From NCBI GenBank assembly GCA_964016885.1, contig OZ024743.1:205964001-206028000 (forward strand): DNA of 64,000 nucleotides, in the 5' to 3' direction. Numbering within the stretch: position 1 is the first letter of the stretch; the number at the start of each line of letters is the position of its first letter. The DNA is from Eledone cirrhosa (lineage: Eukaryota). Positions 57,540 through 64,000 of this stretch are shown in pieces. The translations under genes were made by a program, and so were the position numbers. The notes beneath the pieces are model-generated. The model searched no databases. It saw nothing but the letters and a program-made list of their open reading frames with translations, and had not been told where the DNA came from.

Positions 57540-58480
57540 ATTATCTACCCCTGATTTTTTTTTACAAATTATCTCCCCCTGATTTTTTTTACAAATTATC
57601 TCCCCCTGATTTTTTTTTACAAATTATCTCCCCCCGATTTTTTTACAAATTATCTCCCCCTGATTTTTTTTACAAATTATCTCCGCCTGATTTTTTTTAA
57701 TATTATCTTCCCTTGGCTGGCGGGAAATTATCTCCCCTTGGACGGCTGGAAATTATCTCCCCTTGGAAGGATGGAAATTATCTCCCCTTGGACGGCTGGA
57801 AATTATCTCCCCTTGCACTGCTGGAAATTATCTCCCCTTGGACGGCTGGAAATTATCTGCCCTTGATTTTGTTTTTACAAATTATCTTCCCCTGATTTTT
57901 TTACAAATTATCTCCACCTGATTTTTTAAAAAATTATCTCCCCTTGGACGGCTGGAAATTATCTCCCCTTGGCTGGAAATTATCTCCCCTTGGACGGCTA
58001 GAAATTATCTCTCTTTGGACGGCTGGAAATTATCTCCCCTTGATTTTTTTTACAAATTATCTCCCCCTGATTTTTTTTTACAAATTATCTCCCCCTGATT
58101 TTTTTTTACAACTTATCTCCGCCTGATTATTTTTTTAAAATTATCTCCCCTTGGACGGCTGGAAATTATCTCCCCTTGGACGGCTGGAAATTATCTCCCA
58201 TTGATTTTTTTTACAAATTATCTCCCCTTGGCTGGCTGGAAATTATCTCCCCCTGATATTTTTTTACAAATTAGCTCCCCCTGATTTTTTTTTACAAATT
58301 ATCTCCCCCTGATTTTTTTCACAAATTATCTCCCCCTAATTTTTTTTGCAAATGACCTCCCCTGATTTAAAAAAAAAAATTATCTCCCCTTGGACGGCTA
58401 GAAATTATCTCCCCTTGGACGGCTAGAAATTACCTCTTCTTGGACGGCTGAAAATTATCTCCCCTTGAACGGCTGGAAAT
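57540..58480 (+). repeat. Duplicate of ~53740-54700 (offset ~3.8 kb)
   Basis: Shared variants ACAACTTATC (54301, ~58108) and AAATGACCTCCCCTGATTTAAAA (~54543, ~58350). Identical 60-aa ORFs at 54137 and 57944. Confidence 0.85.
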
Positions 58481-61199
58481 TATCTCCCCTTGGACGGCTG
58501 GAAATTATCTCCCCTTGGACGGCTGGAAATTATCTCCCCTTGGACGGCTAGAAATTACCTCTCCTTGGACGGCTGGAAATTATCTCCCCTTGGACGGCTG
58601 GAAATTATCTCCCCTTGGACGGCTGGAAATTATTTCCCCTTGATTTTTTTTACAAATTATCTCCCCCTGATTTTTTTTACAAATCTCCCCCTAATTTAAA
58701 AAAAAATTATGTCCCCTTCGCTGGCTGGAAATTATCTCTCTTTGGACGGCTTGAAATTATAGCTGCTTGTAGGGCTGGAAATTATCTCCCCTTGGACGGC
58801 TGGAAATTATCTCCCCTTGATTTTTTTACTAATTATCTCCACCTGATTTTTTTTTACAAATTATCTCCGCCTGATTTTTTTAAAAAAATTATCTCCCCTT
58901 GGCTGGATGGAAATTTTCTCCCCTTGGACGGCTGGAAATTATCTCCCCTTTATGTTTTCTACAAATTATCTACACCTGATTTTTTTTTTACAAATTATCT
59001 CTCCCTGATTTTTTTTACAAATATCTCCCCTTGGCTGGCTGAAAATTATCTCCCCTTGGCTGGCTGGAAATTATCTCCCCTTGGACGGCTGGAAATTATC
59101 TCCCCTTGGACGCCTAGAAATTACCTCTACTTGGACAGCTGTAAATTATCTCCCCTTGGACGGCTGGAAATTATCTCGCCTTGGACGGCTGGAAATTATC
59201 TCCCCTTGATTTTGTGTACAAATTATCTCCCCCTGATTTTTTTTACAAATTATCTGCCCCTGATTATTTTTTTTACAAATTAGCTCCGCCTGATTTTTTT
59301 TAAAAATTATCTCCCCTTGGACGGCTGGAAATTATCTCCCGTTGGACGGCTGGAAATTATCTCCCCTTGGACGGCTGGAAATTATCTCCCCTTGATTTTT
59401 TTACAAATTATCTCCCCCTGATTTTTTTTTTACAAATTATCTCCGCCTGATTTTTTTTTTAAATTATCTCCCCTTGGACGGCTGGAAATTATCTCCCCTT
59501 GATTTTTTTTTCCAAATTATCTCCCCCTGATTTTTTTTTACAAATTATCTACCCCTGATTTTTTTTTACAAATTATCTACCCCTGATTTTTTTTACAAAT
59601 TATCTCCCCCTGATTTTTTTTTTACAAATTATCTCCCCCCGATTTTTTTACAAATTATCTCCCCCTGATTTTTTTTACAAATTATCTCCGCCTGATTTTT
59701 TAAAGTATTATCTTCCCTTGGCTGGCGGGAAATTATCTCCCCTTGGACGGCTGGAAATTATCTCCCCTTGGAAGGATGGAAATTATCTCCCCTTGGACGG
59801 CTGGAAATTATCTCCCCTTGCACTGCTGGAAATTATCTCCCCTTGGACGGCTGGAAATTATCTGCCCTTGATTTTGTTTTTACAAATTATCTTCCCCTGA
59901 TTTTTTTTACAAATTATCTCCACCTGATTTTTTAAAAAATTATCTTCCCTTGGACGGCCGGAAATTATCTCCCCTTGGCTGGAAATTATCTCCCCTTGGC
60001 TGGCTGGAAATTATCTCCCCCTGATATTTTTTTACAAATTAGCTCCCCCTGATTTTTTTCACAAATTATCTCCCCCTGATTTTTTTTACAAATTATCTCC
60101 TCTGATTTAAAAAAATAAAATTATCTCCCCTTGGACGGCTGGAAATTATCGCCCCCTGATTTGTTTTAACAAATTATCTCCACCTGATTTTTTTTTACAA
60201 ATTATCTCCCCCCGATTTTTTTTTTACAAATTATCTCCGCCTGATTTTTTTTAAATTATCTCTCCTTGGCTGGATGGAAATCATCTCCCCCTGATTTTTT
60301 TTACAAATTATCTCCCCTTGCACGGCTGGAAATTATCTCCCCTTGGACGGCTGGAAATTATCTCCCGTTGGCTGCAAATTATCTCCCCTTGGACGGCTAG
60401 AAATTACCTCTCTTTGGACGGCTGGAAATTATCTCCCCTTGATTTTTTTTACAAATTATCTCCCCCTGATTTTTTTTACAAATCTCCCAGTGATTTTTTT
60501 TAAAAAATTATCTCCCCTTCGCTGGCTGGAAATTATCTCCCCTTGGACGCTGGAAATTATAGCTCCTTGGAGGGCTGGAAATTATCTTCCCTTGGACGGC
60601 TGGAAATTATCTCCCCTTGATTTTTTTTACATATTATCTCCCCCTGATTTTTTTTTACAAATTATCTCCCCGATTTTTTTCTACAAATTATCTCCCCCTG
60701 ATTTTTTTTTTACAAATTATCTCCGCCTGATTTTTAAAAAAAAATTATCTCCCCTTGGACGGCTGGAAATTATCTCCCCTTGGACGGCTGGAAATTATCT
60801 CCCCTAGGACGGCTAGAAATTACCTCTCCTTGGACGGCTGAAAATTATCTCCCCTTGGACGGCTGGAAATTATCTCCCCTTGATTTTTTTACAAATTATC
60901 TCCCTCTGATTTTTTTTTACAAATTATCTCCCCCTGATTTTTTTTTACAAATTATCTCCCCCTGATTTTTTTTTACAAATTATCTCCCCCTGATTTTTTT
61001 ACAAATTATCTCCCCTTGGCTGGCTGGCAATTATCTCCCCTTGGAGGCTGGAATTTATCTCCCCTTGGACGGCTGGAAATTATCTCCCCTTGGACGGCTA
61101 GAAATTACCTCTCCTTGTACGGCTGGAAATTATCTCCCCTTGAACGGCTGGAAATTATCTCCCCTTGGACGGCTGGAAATTATCTCCCCTTGGACGGCT

Positions 61200-64000
61200 G
61201 GAAATTACCTCTCCTTGGACGGCTGGAAATTATCTCCCCTTGGACGGCTGGAAATTATCTCCCCCTGATTTTTTTTTACAAATTATCTCCGCCTGATTTT
61301 TTTTAAAAAATTATCTCCCCTTGGCTGGATGGAAATTTTCTCCCCTTGGACGGCTGGAAATTATCTCCCCTTTATGTTTTCTACAAATTATCTACCCCTG
61401 ATTTTTTTTTTACAAATTATCTCTCCCTGATTTTTTTTACAAATATCTCCCCTTGGCTGGCTGGAAATTATCTCCCCTTGGCTGGCTGGAAATTATCTCC
61501 CCTTGGACGGCTGGAAATTATCTCCCCTTGGACGCCTAGAAATCACCTCTACTTGGACAGCTGTAAATTATCTCCCCTTGGACGGCTGGAAATTATCTCG
61601 CCTTGGACGGCTGGAAATTATCTCCCCTTGATTTTGTATACAAATTATCTCCCCCTGATTTTTTTTTACAAATTATCTGCCCCTGATTATTTTTTTACAA
61701 ATTAGCTCCGCCTGATTTTTTTTTTAAATTATCTCCCCTTGGACGGCTGGAAATTATCTCCCCTTGGACGGCTGGAAATTATCTCCCCTTGAACGGCTAG
61801 AAATTACCTCTCCTTGGACGGCTGAAAATAATCTCCCCTTGGACGGCTGGAAATTATCTCCCCTTGATTTTTTTACAAATTATCTCCCCCTGATTTTTTT
61901 TTACAAATTATCTCCGCCTGATTTTTTTTAAAAATTATCTCCCCTTGGACGGCTGGAAATTATCTCCCCTTGGACGGCTGGAAATTATCTCCCCTTGATT
62001 TTTTTTTCCAAATTATCTCCCCCTGATTTTTTTTTTACAAATTATCTACCCCTGATTTTTTTTTACAAATTATCTCCCCCTGATTTTTTTTACAAATCAT
62101 CTCCCCCTGATTTTTTTTTACAAATTATCTCCCCCCGATTTTTTTACAAATTATCTCCCCCTGATTTTTTTTACAAATTATCTCCGCCTGATTTTTTTTA
62201 ATATTATCTTCCCTTGGCTGGCGGGAAATTATCTCCCCTTGGACGGCTGGAAATTATCTCCCCTTGGAAGGATGGAAATTATCTCCCCTTGGACGGCTGG
62301 AAATTATCTCCCCTTGCACTGCTGGAAATTATCTCCCCTTGGACGGCAGGAAATTATCTGCCCTTGATTTTGTTTTTACAAATTATCTTCCCCTGATTTT
62401 TTTACAAATTATCTCCACCTGATTTTTTAAAAAATTATCTCCCCTTGGACGGCTGGAAATTATCTCCCCTTGGCTGGAAATTATCTCCCCTTGGACGGCT
62501 AGAAATTATCTCTCTTTGGACGGCTGGAAATTATCTCCCCTTGATTTTTTTTACAAATTATCTCCCCCTGATTTTTTTTACAAATCTCCCAGTGATTTTT
62601 TTAAAAAAATTATCTCCCCTTCGCTGGCTGGAAATTATCTCCCCTTGGACGGCTGGAAATTACCTCTCCTTGGACGGCTGAAAATTATCTCCCCTTGGAC
62701 GGCTGGAAATTATCTCCCCCTGATTTTTTTTTACAAATTATCTCCGCCTGATTTTTTTTTTTAAATTATCTCCCCTTGGCTGGATGGAAATTTTCTCCCC
62801 TTGGACGGCTGGAAATTATCTCCCCTTTATGTTTTCTACAAATTATCTACCCCTGATTTTTTTTTTACAAATTATCTCTCCCTGATTTTTTTTACAAATA
62901 TCTCCCCTTGGCTGGCTGGAAATTATCTCCCCTTGGCTGGCTGGAAATTATCTCCCCTTGGACGGCTGGAAATTATCTCCCCTTGGACGCCTAGAAATCA
63001 CCTCTACTTGGACAGCTGTAAATTATCTCCCCTTGGACGGCTGGAAATTATCTCGCCTTGGACGGCTGGAAATTATCTCCCCTTGATTTTGTATACAAAT
63101 TATCTCCCCCTGATTTTTTTTTACAAATTATCTGCCCCTGATTATTTTTTTACAAATTAGCTCCGCCTGATTTTTTTTTAAAATTATCTCCCCTTGGACG
63201 GCTGGAAATTATCTCCCCTTGGACGGCTGGAAATTATCTCCCCTTGAACGGCTAGAAATTACCTCTCCTTGGACGGCTGAAAATTATCTCCCCTTGGACG
63301 GCTGGAAATTATCTCCCCTTGATTTTTTTACAAATTATCTCCCCCTGATTTTTTTTTACAAATTATCTCCGCCTGATTTTTTTTTTAAATTATCTCCCCT
63401 TGGACGGCTGGAAATTATCTCCCCTTGGACGGCTGGAAATTATCTCCCCTTGATTTTTTTTTCCAAATTATCTCCCCCTGATTTTTTTTTACAAATTATC
63501 TACCCCTGATTTTTTTTTACAAATTATCTCCCCCTGATTTTTTTTACAAATTATCTCCCCCCGATTTTTTTACAAATTATCTCCCCCTGATTTTTTTTAC
63601 AAATTATCTCCGCCTGATTTTTTTTAATATTATCTTCCCTTGGCTGGCGGGAAATTATCTCCCCTTGGACGGCTGGAAATTATCTCCCCTTGGAAGGATG
63701 GAAATTATCTCCCCTTGGACGGCTGGAAATTATCTCCCCTTGCACTGCTGGAAATTATCTCCCCTTGGACGGCTGGAAATTATCTGCCCTTGATTTTGTT
63801 TTTACAAATTATCTTCCCCTGATTTTTTTACAAATTATCTCCACCTGATTTTTTAAAAAATTATCTCCCCTTGGACGGCTGGAAATTATCTCCCCTTGGC
63901 TGAAAATTATCTCCCCTTGGACGGCTAGAAATTATCTCTCTTTGGACGGCTGGAAATTATCTCCCCTTGATTTTTTTTACAAATTATCTCCCCATGATTT
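61200..64000 (+). repeat. Local tandem duplication of a ~1.45 kb block (~61200-62650 and ~62655-64000)
   Basis: Identical 119-aa ORFs at 61346 and 62801 (offset 1455) and identical 60-aa ORFs at 62214 and 63640 (offset 1426). Confidence 0.85.

Larger units (their letters stand above)
1..64000 (+). repeat. Tandem satellite array of two related monomer classes (A, 25 bp; B, ~26-29 bp) sharing the core AAATTATCTCCCC(T/C)TG; apparently continues beyond both window edges
   Basis: The core recurs every ~21-29 bp from the first line to the last. It is followed by either GACGGCTGG (class A, e.g. 1251-1460) or A-T(7-10)-AC (class B, e.g. 1071-1180). No unique intervening sequence and no reverse-oriented monomer seen. 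Confidence 0.99.

Noticed and set aside
300-63822. All ORFs in the track (up to 313 aa, e.g. 23424-24365 and 56419-57360) as protein-coding genes
   Set aside because: The 25-bp A monomer has no plus-strand stop in any frame, so three units translate to the recurring WTAGNYLPLDGWKLSPLGRLEIISP in all frames. ORFs overlap in different frames, mostly start at TTG inside the repeat, and shift frame with T-tract length between copies. The minus strand has TAA in each core (GATAATTT), which explains the absence of minus ORFs.
1-64000. CRISPR-like repeat-spacer array
   Set aside because: The constant part is only 16 bp, the intervening segments are ~9-13 bp and of just two recurring types rather than unique spacers, and there is no leader or cas gene.
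1-64000. Telomerase-synthesised telomeric repeat (long 25-bp type, as in some budding yeasts)
   Set aside because: Variants are propagated in kilobase-scale duplicated blocks, which indicates recombination or replication-based copying rather than templated addition. The length and two-class structure do not fit, and I recognise no telomere motif. A subtelomeric location is not excluded.
1-64000. Pure sequencing or assembly artefact (low-complexity concatemer)
   Set aside because: Rare variants recur in consistent cassette contexts tens of kb apart and show a nested sharing pattern, as expected of real evolved satellite. Exact HOR copy number and homopolymer lengths still need read support.
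1-64000. Embedded transposon, tRNA/rRNA gene or inversion
   Set aside because: Reading through the window I found no segment departing from the two monomer classes and no reverse-complement core (GGGGAGATAATTT) on the plus strand. A very short insert could have been missed by eye.

Overview
The whole 64 kb window is one uninterrupted, head-to-tail tandem repeat array (satellite DNA). I see no credible gene, RNA gene, transposon or unique sequence. It is built from two monomer classes sharing a 16-bp core, AAATTATCTCCCC(T/C)TG. Class A (25 bp) is AAATTATCTCCCCTTGGACGGCTGG; class B (about 26-29 bp) is AAATTATCTCCCCCTGA-T(7-10)-AC. By arithmetic (64000/26) there are roughly 2,400-2,500 monomers. 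A and B alternate in short runs, and variant monomers form reusable cassettes. The cassettes form a ~6.7-7.0 kb higher-order repeat (HOR) between ~11.2 and ~42.2 kb, including a ~3.5 kb tandem re-duplication, flanked by more scrambled mosaics of the same cassettes. All ORFs in the track are artefacts of the stop-free 25-bp A monomer. The most unusual details are a T-run/A-run boundary that slides while total length stays fixed, stereotyped monomers at B-to-A switches, and a WGATAR site in nearly every monomer. I cannot identify the organism or satellite family. A eukaryotic heterochromatic or centromeric origin is inference. Block boundaries were read by eye from variant markers and are approximate.
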